Positions 9,568 to 23,200 of a stretch of DNA of 64,000 bases are shown here, one piece after another. The position numbers and the translations under genes were made by a program. The stretch lies in assembly GCA_040954595.2 (NCBI GenBank), contig CM082584.2, positions 372,001-436,000 on the forward strand, given 5' to 3'. The DNA is from Balanoglossus misakiensis (taxonomy: Eukaryota > Animalia > Hemichordata). Each line of letters starts with the position of its first letter. Position 1 is the first letter of the stretch. Below the pieces are notes generated by a model, which did no database searches, had not been told where the DNA came from, and worked only from the letters and a program-made list of their open reading frames with translations.

Positions 9568-12500
9568 AACGCTAGTGTCTGTCATAGTGTGCCGGGGTTT
9601 TAGTCGAGCCAAGCCGTAGGAGATCAGACTTCATCAACGTGGTCTATGTACGCGTGTTTCTGCTCTAGAGTGCCGGGGCTTTATCCAAGCCATGCCGTAG
9701 AAAATCTGACTTGATCACCGTTGCTGACGTACGCTAGTGTCTGTCATATTGTGACGGAGATTAAGCCGAGCCAGGCCGTAGAAAAATCGACTTGTTCAAC
9801 GTTACCAGCAACTGTGTCTGCTCTAGAGTGTCAGGGTTTTAGCTGACTTATGCTGTAGGAAATCTGAGTTGATGAACGGGAATTCAATGTTAGAAAACCC
9901 GTGTGGAAAGTATCTCTTCCCGTTTGAAACTAAGAAAAGAATTTATTCTTATTTATTTTGTTAAAAAGACAATTTTTCGAAAAAAAGTCGAAAATGGTAA
10001 TTTTGTCTTGGGTGATTCAAATTATACCACCTTTTCTGGAATTTGCAGCACTTTTTACAAGAGAACGACACTTCATGCTCCATAATATTTCCGAAAATGA
10101 AGAAAATAGTTAATGTTTTATGATTTTTTAAAAATTTACCATTTTTGTCAAAATATGGCCAAAATGGCTATTTTTTCTTGAATTCCGTCAATATCTCTGC
10201 ATTTTTGGAGTGGTCGAAAGTTTTAACATACAATCAACATGTCATATATGATCAGGGAACCACATTTGAAGAACAAAGGTTTTTTTATTTTTTTTTCTAA
10301 AAATGACATTTTAAAGGAAAATTTGGTAAAACGCAATTTTGTCTGCAGTGAGCCAAATTAGACGGTCTTTTGTGGAATTTGTATCGATATATACATACGA
10401 AGAGCATTCTATACTCCATCAGATTTCCAAAAATGTAGAAAACAGGTATTTTTTGTAATTTTCAAAAATTTACCATTTTGACCAAATTGTGGCTAAAATT
10501 GTTATTTTCGTGTTGAATGCCGCCAGTGTCACTGCTTTTAAAAGTCATAAAAACTTTTAACATACAAGCAATTGTTTATATATGATCAGGTCACCGAATT
10601 AAAAAAATAAAGAATGCTTTGCCTAAAAATGACCTTTTTGGTGCAAAAACGAATAAAACGCAATTTTGTATTAAATCAGCTCATTCAGAGTGCATTTTTA
10701 TAATCAGCACCATTTTTACATATAATGGAAATTTCATACATCATCAGATATCCAAATATGAAAAGATGATTTAGATTTTAGATGATTGTCCAAAATTAGC
10801 TGATATCTGATAAATGTAGTATTGAACCGTTCTGTTTCTCCCCCCCCCCTACATTATATGCGGTACGCCGATGTCACCTTACCCAGCAGTACTGCAGGCC
10901 GTGCCCCCAACTAACGTCGGTGTTTGAAGCGCCCTGGTTAAATTCGGGCTTTCTCTATAAATTAACAGGCAATAATGCAGTCCAACCCGAACAAATGTCG
11001 AGTGTTGACCCGCTGTGACTTTCCCTCTTCGGTTTGCCCGACTTAGCCAACGTCTCTGTACTAATGTGTCGGGTCTTTTGCAGAGCCAGGCCGAAGGAAA
11101 TCCGACTTGATCACCGTTGCTAACGAACGCTAGTGTCTGTCATGGTGTGCCGGGGTTTTAGTCGAGCCAGGCCGTAGGAGATCTGACTTGATCATCGTGG
11201 TCAATGTACGCGTGTTTCCGCTCTGAAGTGCCGGGGCTTCAGCTAAACCATGCCGTAGGAAATCCGACGTAATCACCGTTGATAACTTACGCCAGTCTGT
11301 GTCATATAGAGCCGGTGCACCAGCCGAGTCACGCCGTAGGAAATCTGACTTGATCAACGTGGTCACTGTACGCCTGTTTCTGCTCTAGAGTGCCGGGGCT
11401 TCATCTGAGCCAGGCCGTAGGAAACCCGACGTGATTACCGTTGTTAACTTACGCCAGTCTGTGTCCTATATATAGTGCCGGGGCATCAGCCGTGCCAGGC
11501 CGAAGGAAATGTGAGTAGATCAACGTGGTCTCTGTACGCGTGTTTCTGCTCTAGAGTGCCGGGGCTTTATCCAAGCCATGCCGTAGAAAATCTGACTTGA
11601 TCACCGTTGCTAACGTACGATAGTGTCTGTCATATTGTGACGGAGATTTAGCCGAGCCAGGCCGTAGAAAAATCGACTTGTTCAACGTTACCAGTGTGCA
11701 ACTGTTTCTGCTCTAAAGTCTCGGGGTTTTAGCCGACTTATGCTGTAGGAAATCTGAGTTGATGAACGGAAATTCAATGTTAGAAAACCCGTGTGGAAAG
11801 TATCTCTACCCGTTTGAAACTAAGAAAAGAATTTATTCTTATTTTTTTTCTAAAAATGACATTTTCAAGGAAAATTTGGTAAAACGCAATTTTGTCTGCA
11901 GTGAGCCAAATTAGATTGTCTTTTGTGGAATTTGTATCGATATATACATACGAAGAGCATTCTATACTCCATCAGATTTCCGAAAATGTAGAAAACAGGT
12001 ATTTTTTGTAATTTTCAAAAATTTACCTTTTTGACCAAATTATGGCTAAAATTGTTATTTTCGTGTTGAATGCCGCCAGTGTCACTGCTTTTAAAAGTCA
12101 TAAAAACTTTTAACATACAAGCAATTGTTTATATATGATCAGGTCACCGAATTAAAAAAAATAAAGAATGTTTGGCCTAAAAATGACCTTTTTGGTGCAA
12201 AAACGAATAAAACGCAATTTTGTATTAAATAACCTCATTCAGAGTGCATTTTTTTATAATCAGCACCATTTTTACATATAATGGAAATTTCATACATCAC
12301 CAGATATCCAAATATGAAAAAATGATTTAGATTTTAGATGATTGTCCAAAATTAGCTGATATCTAATAAATGTAGTATTGAACCGTTCTGTCCCCCCCCC
12401 CCCCTTACATTATATGCGGTACGCCGATGTCAGCTTACCCGGCAGTACTGTAGGCCGTGCCCCCAACAAACGTCGGTGTTTGAAACGCCCTGGTTAAATT

Positions 12501-15500
12501 CGGGCTCTCTCTATAAATCGACAGGCAATAATGCAGTCCTACCCGAACAAATGTCGAGTGTTGACCCGCTGCGACTTTCCCTCTTCGGTTTGCCCAACTT
12601 AGCCAACGTCTTTGTACTAAAGTGTCGGGTCTGTTGCAGAGCCAGGCCGAAGGAAATCCGACTTGATCACCGTTGCTAACGAACGCTAGTGTCTGTCATG
12701 GTGTGCCGGGGTTTTAGTCGAGCCAGGCCGTAGGAGATCTGACTTGATCATCGTGGTCAATGTACGCGTGTTTCCGCTCTAAAGTGCCGGGGCTTCAGCT
12801 AAACCAGGCCGTAGGAAATCCGACGTAATCACTGTTGATAACTTACGCCAGTCTGTGTCATATAGAGCCGGTGCACCAGCCGAGTCACGCCGTAGGAAAT
12901 CTGACTTGATCAACGTAGTCAATGTACGCCTGTTTCTGCTCTAGAGTGCCGGGGCTTCAGCTGAGCCAGGCCGTAGGAAACCCGACGTGATTACCGTTGT
13001 TAACTTACGCCAGTTTGTGTCCTATATATAGTGCCGGGGCATCAGCCGTGCCAGGCCGAAGGAAATGTGAGTAGATCAACGCGGTCTCTGTACGCGTGTT
13101 TCTGCTCTAGAGTGCCAGGGCTTTAGCCAAGCCATGCCGTAGGAAATCTGACTTGATCAACGTTGCTAACGAACGCTAGTGTCTGTCATAGTGTGCCGGG
13201 GTTTTAGTGGAGCCAAGCCGTAGGAGATCAGACTTGATCAACGTGGTCTCTGTACGCGTGTTTCTGCTCTAGAGTGCCGGGGCTTTATCCAACCCATGCC
13301 GTAGAAAATCTGACTTGATCACCGTTGCTAACGTACGCTAGTGTCTGTCATATTGTGACGGAGATTTAGCCGAGCCAGGCAGTAGAAAAATCGACTTGTT
13401 CAACGTTACCAGTGTGCAACTGTTTCTGCTCTAGAGTGTCAGGGTTTTAGCCGACTTATGCTGTAGGAAATCTGAGTTGATGAACGGGAATTCAATGTTA
13501 GAAAACCCGTGTGGAAAGTATCTCTACCCGTTTGAAACTAAGAAAAGAATTTATTCTTATTTATTTTGTAAAAAAGACAATTTTTCGAAAAAAAGTCGAA
13601 AAATTGCAATTTTGTCTTGGGTGATTCAAATTATACCGCCTTTTCTGGAATTTGCAGCACTTTTTACAAGAGAACGACACTTCATGCTCCATAATATTTC
13701 CGAAAATGAAGAAAAGAGTTAATTTTTTATGATTTTTCAAAAAATTACCATTTTTGTCAAAATATGGCCAAAATGGCTATTTTTCTTGAATTCCGTCAAT
13801 ATCTCTGCATTTTTGGAGTGGTCGAGAGTTTTAACATACAATCAACATGTCATATATGATCAGGGCACCAAATTCGAAGAACAAAGGTTTTTTTATTTTT
13901 TTTTCTAAAAATGACATTTTCAAGGAAAATTTGGTAAAACGCAATTTTGTCTGCAGTGAGCCAAATTAGACGGTCTTTTGTGGAATTTGTATCGATATAT
14001 ACATACGAAGAGCATTCTATACTCCATCAGATTTCCGAAAATGTAGAAAACAGGTATTTTTTGTAATTTTCAAAAATTTACCATTTTGACAAATTGTGGC
14101 TAAAATTGTTATTTTCGTGATGAATGCCGCCAGTGTCACTGCTTTTAAAAGTCATAAAAACGTTTAACATACAAGCAATTGTTTATATATGATCAGGTCA
14201 CCGAATTAAAAATATAAAGAATGTTTTGCCTAAGAATGACCTTTTTGGTGCAAAAACGAATAAAACGCAATCTTGTATTAAATCAGTTCATTCAGAGTGC
14301 ATGTTTTATAATAAGCACCATTTTTACATATAATGGAAATTTCATACATCATCAGATATCCAAAAATGAAAAAATGATTTAGATTTTAGATGATTGTCCA
14401 AAATTAGCTGATATCTAATAAATGTAGTATTGAACCGTTCTGTCCCCCCCCCCGTTACATTATATGCGGTACGCCGATGTCAGCTTACCCGGCAGTACTG
14501 TAGGCCGTGCCCCCAACAAACGTCGGTGTTTGAAACGCCCTGGTTAAATTCGGGCTCTCTATAAATCGACAGGCAATAATGCAGTCCTACCGGAACAAAT
14601 GTCGAGTGTTGACCCGCTGCGACTTTCCCTCTTCGGTTTGCCCAACTTAGCCAACGTCTTTGTACTAGAGTGTCGGGTCTTTTGCAGAGCCAGGCCGAAG
14701 GAAATCCGACTTGATCACCGTTGCTAACGAACGCTAGTGTCTGTCATGGTGTGCCGGGGTTTTAGTCGAGCCAGGCCGTAGGAGATCTGACTTGATCATC
14801 GTGGTCAATGTACGCGTGTTTCCGCTCTAAAGTGCCGGGGCTTCAGCTAAACCATGCCGTAGGAAATCCGACGTAATCACCGTTGATAACTTACGCCAGT
14901 CTGTGTCATATAGAGCCGGTGCACCAGCCGAGTCACGCCGTAGGAAATCTGACTTGATCAACGTGGTCAATGTACGCCTGTTTCTGCTCTAGAGTGCCGG
15001 GGCTTCAGCTGAGCCAGGCCGTAAGAAAACCCGACGTGATTACCGTTGTTAACTTACGCCAGTCTGTGTCCTATATATAGTGCCGGGGCATCAGCCGTGC
15101 CAGGCCGAAGGAAATGTGAGAAGATCAACGTGGTCTCTGTACGCGTGTTTCTGCTCTAGAGTGCCAGGGCTTTAGTTAAGCCATGCCGTAGGAAATCTGA
15201 CTTGATCGAAGTTGCTAACGAACGCTAGTGTCTGTCATAGTGTGCCGGGGTTTTAGTCGAGCCAAGCCGTAGGAGATCAGACTTGATCAACGTGGTCTCT
15301 GTACGCGTGTTTCTGCTCTAGAGTGCCGGGGCTTTATCCAAGCCATGCCGTAGTAAATCTGACTTGATCACCGTTGCTAACGTACGCTAGTGTCTGTCAT
15401 ATTGTGACGGAGATTTAGCCGAGCCAGGTCGTAGAAAAATCGACTTGTTCAACGTTACCAGTGTGCAACTGTTTCTGCTCTAGAGTGTCAGGGTTTTAGC

Positions 15501-17101
15501 CGACTTATGCTGTAGGAAATCTGAGTTGATGAACGGGAATTCAATGTTAGAAAACCCGTGTGGAAAGTATCTCTACCCGTTTGAAACTAAGAAAAGAATT
15601 TATTCTTATTTATTTTGTAAAAAAAGACAATTTTTCGAAAAAAAGTTGAAAATGGTAATTTTGTCTTGGGTGATTCAAATTATACCGCCTTTTCTGGAAT
15701 TTGCAGCACTTTTTGCAAGAGAACGACACTTCATGCTCCATAATATTTCCGAAAATGAAGAAAAGAGTTAATTTTTTATGATTTTTCAAAAATTTACCAT
15801 TTTTGTCAAAATATGGCCAAAATGGCTATTTTTCATGAATTCCGTCAATATCTCTGCATTTTTGGAGTGGTCGAGAGTTTTAACATACAATCAACATGTC
15901 ATATATGATCAGGGCACCAAATTCGAAGAACAAAGTTTTTTTTAGTTTTTTTTCTAAACATGACATTTTCAAGGAACATTTGGTAAAACGCAATTTTGTC
16001 TGCAGTGAGCCAAATTAGATTGTCTTTTGTGGAATTTGTATCGATATATACATACGAAGAGCATTCTATACTCCATCAGATTTCCGAAAATGTAGAAAAC
16101 AGGTATTTTTTGTAATTTTCAAAAATTTACCATTTTGACCGAATTATGGCTAAAATTGTTATTTTCGTGTTGAATGCCGCCAGTGTCACTGCTTTTAAAA
16201 GTCATAAAAACTTTTAACATACAAGCCATTCTTTATATATGATCAGGTCACCGAATTAAAAAAATAAAGAATGTTTTGCCTAAAAATGACCTTTTAGGTG
16301 CAAAAACGAATAAAACGTAATTTTGTATTAAATCAGTTCATTCAGAGTGCATTTTTTATAATCAGCACCATTTTTACATATAATGGAAATTTCATACATC
16401 ATCAGATATCCAAATATGAAAAAATGATTTAGATTTTAGATGATTGTCCAAAATTAGCTGATATCTAATAAATGTAGTATTGAACCGTTCTGTTTCCCCC
16501 CCCCCCCCTATATTATATGCGGTACGCCGATGTCAGCTTACCCGGCAGTACTGCAGGCCGTGCCCCCAACTAACGTCGGTGTTTGTAACGCCCTGGTTAA
16601 ATTCGGGCTTTCTCTATAAATTGACAGGCAATAATGCAGTCCTACCCGAACAAATGTCGAGTGTTGACACGCTGTGGCTTTCCGTCTTCGGTTTGCCCGA
16701 CTTAGCCAAGAGTGTCGGGTCTTTTGCAGAGCCAGGCCGAAGGAAATCCGACTTGATCACCGTTGCTAACGAACGCTAGTGTCTGTCATGGTGTGCCGGG
16801 GTTTTAGTCGAGCCAGGCCGTAGGAGATCTGCCTTGATCATCGTGGTCAATGTACGCGTGTTTCCGCTCTAAAGTGCCGGGGCTTCAGCTAAACCAGGCC
16901 GTAGGAAATCCGACGTAATCACCGTTGATAACTTACGCCAGTCTGTGTCATATAGAGCCGGTTCACCAGCCGTGCCAGGCCGAAGGAAATGTTAGTCGAT
17001 CAACGTGGTCTCTGTACGCGTGTTTCTGCTCTAGAGTGTCAGGGCTTTAGCAAAGCCATGCCGTAGGAAATCTGACTTGATCAACGTTGGTAACGAACGC
17101 T

Positions 17102-17288
17102 CAATATTTTTAAGCGTAATTTGAAAACATACCTTTTTACTCGGTTTTATGTGTAACGTGTTCGATTGTGTCCTTTTAACTATTTTTACCAGCCTTGTAT
17201 TTTTTAATCTACTGTTTTAGCTGTGCACAATGCGCTGAGACGTATGTGTAGCGCATTTTAAACAATTCTTAATAATAATAATAATAAT
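17102..17288 (+). mobile_element. Same retroposed 3' fragment, copy 3
   Basis: Same sequence, site and AACGCT TSD as copy 1; tail (AAT)6. Confidence 0.82.
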
Positions 17289-20200
17289 AACGCTAGTGTC
17301 TGTCATAGTGTGCCGGGGTTTTAGTCGAGCCAAGCCGTAGGAGATCAGACTACATCAACGTGGTCTCTGTACGCGTGTTTCTGCTCTAGAGTGCCGGGGC
17401 TTTATCCAACCCATGCCGTTGAAAATCTGACTTGATCACCGTTGCTAACGTACGCTAGTGTCTGTCATATTGTGACGAGATTTAGCCGAGCCAGGCCGTA
17501 GAAAAATCGACTTGTTCAATGTTATCAGTGTGCAACTGTTTCTGCTCTAGAGTGTCAGGGTTTTAGCCGACTTATGCTGTAGGAAATCTGAGTTGATGAA
17601 CGGGAATTCAATGTTAGAAAACCCGTGTGGAAAGTATCTCTACCCGTTTGAAACTAAGAAAAGAATTTATTCGTATTTATTTTTTAAAAAAGACAATTTT
17701 TCGAAAACAAGTCGAAAATGGTAATTTTGTCTTGGGTGATTCAAATTATACCACATTTTCTGGAATTTGCAGCACTTTTTACAAGAGAACGACACTTCAT
17801 GCTCCATAATATTTCCGAAAATGAAGAAAAGAGTTTATTTTTTATGATTTTTTAAAAATGTACCATTTTGTCAAAATATGACCAAAATGGCTATTTTTTC
17901 TTGAATTCCGTCAATATCTCTGCATTTTTGGAGTGGTGGAAAGTTTTAACATACAATCAACATGTCATATATGATCAGGGCACCAAATTCGAAGAACGAA
18001 GGTTTTTTTATTTTATTTTTCTAAAAATGACATTTTCAAGGAAAATTTGGTAAAACGCAATTTTGTCTGCAGTAAGCCAAATTAGACGGTCTTTTGTGGA
18101 ATTTGTATCGATATATATATACGAAGAGCATTCTATACTCCATCAGATTTCCGAAAATGTAGAAAACAGGTATTTTTTGTAATTTTCAAAAATTTACCAT
18201 TTTGACCAAATTGTGGTTAAAATTGTTATTTTCGTGTTGAATGCCGCCAGTGTCACTGCTTTTAAAAGTCATAAAAACTTTTAACATGCAAGCAATTGCT
18301 TATATATGATCAGGCCACCGAATTAAAAAAATAAAGAATGTTTTGCCTAAAAATGACCTTTTTGGTGCAAAAACGAATAAAACGCAATTTTTGTATTAAA
18401 TCAGCTCATTCAGAGTGCATTTTTTATAATCAGCACCATTTTTACATATATTGGAAATTTCATACATCATCAGATATCCAAATATGAAAAAATGATTTAG
18501 ATTTTAGATGATTGTCCAAAGTTAGCTGATATCTAATAAATGTAGTATTGAACCGTTCTGTCCCCCCCCTACATTATATGCGGTACGCCGATGTCAGCTT
18601 ACCCGGCAGTACTGCAGGCCGTGCCCCCAAATAACGTCGGTGTTTGAAACGCCCTGGTTAAATTCGGGCTTTCTCTATAAATTGACAGGCAATAATGCAG
18701 TCCTACCCGAACAAATGTCGAGTGTTGACCAACTGTGACTTTCCCTCTTCGGTTTGCCCGACTTAGCCAACGTCTCTGTACTAATGTGTCGGGTCTTTTG
18801 CAGAGCCAGGCCGAAGGAAATCCGACTTGATCACCGTTGCTAACGAACGCTAGTGTCTGTCATGGTGTGCCGGGGTTTTAGTCGAGCCAGGCCGTAGGAG
18901 ATCTGACTTGATCATCGTGGTCAATGTACGCGTGTTTCCGCTCTGAAGTGCCGGGGCTTCAGCTAAACCATGCCGTAGGAAATCCGACGTAATCACCGTT
19001 GATAACTTACGCCAGTCTGTGTCATATAGAGCCGGTGCACCAGCCGAGTCACGCCGTAGGAAATCTGACTTGATCAACGTGGTCAATGTACGCCTGTTTC
19101 TGCTCTAGAGTGCCGGGGCTTCAGTTGAGCCAGGCCGTAGGAAACCCGACGTGATTACCGTTGTTAACTTACGCCAGTCTGTGTCCTATATATAGTGCCG
19201 GGGCATCAGCCGTGCCAGGCCGAAGGAAATGTGAGTAGATCAACGTGGTCTCTGTACGCGTGTTTCTGCTCTAGAGTGCCGGGGCTTTATCCAAGCCATG
19301 CCGTAGAAAATCTGACTTGATCACCGTTGCTAACGTACGATAGTGTCTGTCATATTGTGACGGAGATTTAGCCGAGCCAGGCCGTAGAAAAATCGACTTG
19401 TTCAACGTTACCAGTGTGCAACTGTTTCTGCTCTAAAGTCTCAGGGTTTTAGCCGACTTATGCTGTAGGAAATCTGAGTTGATGAACGGGAATTCAATGT
19501 TAGAAAACCCGTGTGGAAAGTATCTCTACCCGTTTGAAACTAAGAAAAGAATTTATTCTTATTTTTTTTCTAAGAATGACATTTTCAAGGAAAATTTGGT
19601 AAAACGCAATTTTGTCTGCAGTGAGCCAAATTAGACGGTCTTTTGTGGAATTTGTATCGATATATACATACAAAGAGCATTCTATACTCCATCAGATTTC
19701 CGAAAATGTAGAAAACATGTATTTTTTGTAATTTTCAAAAATTTACCATTTTGACCAAATTGTGGCTAAAATTGTTATTTTCGTGTTGAATGCCGCCAGT
19801 GTCACTGCTTTTAAAAGTCATAAAAATTTTCAACATACAAGCAATTGTTTATATATGATCAGGTCACCGAATTAAAAAAATAAAGAATGTTTTGCCTAAA
19901 AATGACCTTTTTGGTGCAAAAACGAATAAAACGCAATTTTGTATTAAATCAGCTCATTCAGAGTGCATTTTTTATAATCAGCACCATTTTTACATATAAT
20001 GGAAATTTCATACATCATCAGATATCCAAATATGAAAAAATGATTTAGATTTTAGATGATTATCCAAAATTAGCTGATATTTAATAAATGTAGTAATGAA
20101 CCGTTCTGTCCCCCCCCCCCCCCCTACATTATATGCGGTACGCCGATGTCAGCTTACCCGGCAGTACTGCAGGCCGTGCCCCCAACTAACGTCGGTGTTT

Positions 20201-23200
20201 GAAACGCCCTGGTTAAATTCGGGCTTTCTCTATAAATTGACAGGCAATAATGCAGTCCTACCCGACCAAATGTCGAGTGTTGACCCGCTGTGACTTTCCC
20301 TCTTCGGTTTGCCCGACTTAGCCAACGTCTTTGTACTAATGTGTCGGGTCTTTTGCAGAGCCAGGCCGAAGGAAATCCGACTTGATCACCGTTGCTAACG
20401 AACGCTAGTGTCTGTCATGGTGTGCCGGGGTTTAGTCGAGCCAGGCCGTAGGAGATCTGACTTGATCATCGTGGTCAATGTACGCGTGTTTCAGCTCTAA
20501 AGTGCCGGGGCTTCAGCTAAACCAGGCCGTAGGAAATCCGACGTAATCACCGTTGATAACTTACGCCAGTCTGTGTCATATAGAGCCGGTGCACCAGCCG
20601 AGTCACGCCGTAGGAAATCTGACTTGATCAACGTGGTCACTGTACGCCTGTTTCTGCTCTAGAGTGCCGGGGCTTCATCTGAGCCAGGCCGTAGGAAACC
20701 CGACGTGATTACCGTTGTTAACTTACGCCAGTCTGTGTCCTATATATAGTGCCGGGGCATCAGCCGTGCCAGGCCGAAGGAAATGTGAGTAGATCAACGT
20801 GGTCTCTGTACGCGTGTTTCTGCTCTAGAGTGCCAGGGCTTTAGCCAAGCCATGCCGTAGGAAATCTGACTTGATCAACGTTGCTAACGAACGCTAGTGT
20901 CTGTCATAGTGTGCCGGGGTTTTAGTCGAGCCAAGTCGTAGGAGATCAGACTTGATCAACGTGGTCTCTGTACGCGTGTTTCTGCTCTAGAGTGCCGGGG
21001 CTTTATCCGAGCTATGCCGTAGAAAATCTGACTTGATCACCGTTGCTAACTTACGCTAGTGTCTGTCATATTGTGACGGAGATTTAGCCGAGCCAGGCCG
21101 TAGAAAAATCTACTTTTTCAACGTTACCAGTGTGCAACTGTTTCTGCTCTAGAGTGTCAGGGTTTTAGCCGACTTGTGCTGTAGGAAATCTGAGTTGATG
21201 AACGGGAATTCAATGTTAGAAAACCCGTGTGTAAAGTATCTCTACCCGTTTGAAACTAAGAAAAGAATTTATTCTTATTTATTTTGTAAAACAAGACAAT
21301 TTTTCGAAAAAAAGTCGAAAATGGTAATTTTGTCTTGGGTCATTCAAATTATACCGCCTTTTCTGGAATTTGCAGCACTTTTTACAAGAGAACGACACTT
21401 CATGCTCCATAATATTTCCGAAAATGAAGAAAAGAGTTAATTTTTTATGATTTTTTAAAAAATTACCATTTTTGTCAAAATATGGCCAAAATGGCTATTT
21501 TTTCTTGAATTCCGTCAATATCTCTGCATTTTTGGAGTGGTCGAAAGTTTTAACATACAATCAACATGTCATATATGATCAGGGCACCAAATTCGAAGAA
21601 CAAAGTTTTTTTTAGTTTTTTTTCTAAAAATGACATTTTCAAGGAACATTTGGTAAAACGCAATTTTGTCTGCAGTGAGCCAAATTAGATTGTCTTTTGT
21701 GGAATTTGTATCGATATATACATACGAAGAGCATTCTATACTCCATCAGATTTCCGAAAATGTAGAAAACAGGTATTTTTTGTAATTTTCAAAAATTTAC
21801 CATTTTGACCAAATTATGGCTAAAATTGTTATTTTCGTGTTGAATGCCGCCAGTGTCACTGCTTTTAAAAGTCATAAAAACTTTTAACATACAAGCAATT
21901 GTTTATATATGATCAGGTCACCGAATTAAAAAAAATAAAGAATGTTTGGCCTAAAAATGACCTTTTAGGTGCAAAAACGAATAAAACGTAATTTTGTATT
22001 AAATCAGTTCATTCAGAGTGCATTTTTTATAATCAGCACCATTTTTACATATAATGGAAATTTCATACATCATCAGATATCCAAATATGAAAAAATGATT
22101 TAGATTTTAGATGATTGTCCAAAATTAGCTGATATCTAATAAATGTAGTATTGAACCGTTCTGTTTCCCCCCCCCCCCCCTATATTATATGCGGTTCGCC
22201 GATGTCAGCTTACCCGGCAGTACTGCAGGCCGTGCCCCCAACTAACGTCGGTGTTTGTAACGCCCTGGTTAAATTCGGGCTTTCTCTATAAATTGACAGG
22301 CAATAATGCAGTCCTACCCGAACAAATGTCGAGTGTTGACCCGCTGTGACTTTCCCTCTTCGGTTTGCCCGACTTAGCCAACGTCTTTGTACTAGAGTGT
22401 CGGGTCTTTTGCAGAGCCAGGCCGAAGGAAATCCGACTTGATCACCGTTGCTAACGAACGCTAGTGTCTGTCATGGTGTGCCGGGGTTTTAGTCGAGCCA
22501 GGCCGTAGGAGATCTGCCTTGATCATCGTGGTCAATGTACGCGTGTTTCCGCTCTAAAGTGCCGGGGCTTCAGCTAAACCAGGCCGTAGGAAATCCGACG
22601 TAATCACCGTTGATAACTTACGCCAGTCTGTGTCATATAGAGCCGGTTCACCAGCCGAGTCACGCCGTAGGAAATCTGACTTGATCAACGTGGTCAATGT
22701 ACGCCTGTTTCTGCTCTAGAGTGCCGGGGCTTCAGCTGATCCAGGCCGTAGGAAACCCGACGTGATTACCGTTGTTAACTTACGCCAGTCTGTGTCCTAT
22801 ATATAGTGCGGGGCATCAGCCGTGCCAGGCCAAAGGAAATGTGAGTAGATCAATGTGGTCTCTGTACGCGTGTTTCTGCTCTAGAATGCCAGGGCTTTAG
22901 CCAAGCCATGCCGTAGGAAATCTGACTTGATCAACGTTGCTAACGAACGCTAGTGTCTGTCATAGTGTGCCGGGGTTTTAGTCGAGCCAAGCCGTAGGAG
23001 ATCTGACTTGATCATCGTGGTCAATGTACGCGTGTTTCCGCTCTAAAGTGCCGGGGCTTGAGCTAAACCAGGCCGTAGGAAATCCGACGTAATCACCGTT
23101 GATAACTTACGCCAGTCTGTGTCATATAGAGCCGGTGCACCAGCGGAGTCACGCCGTAGGACATCTGACTTGATCAACGTGGTCAATGTACGCCTGTTTC

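Noticed and set aside
11130-11366. 81 bp = 27 codons; apparent 27-aa repeat protein (TTLIKSDFLRR...)
   Set aside because: All six frames hit stops within one or two monomers in typical copies. This ORF exists only because of one SNP (ctctgaag), and the 85-bp monomer breaks frame.
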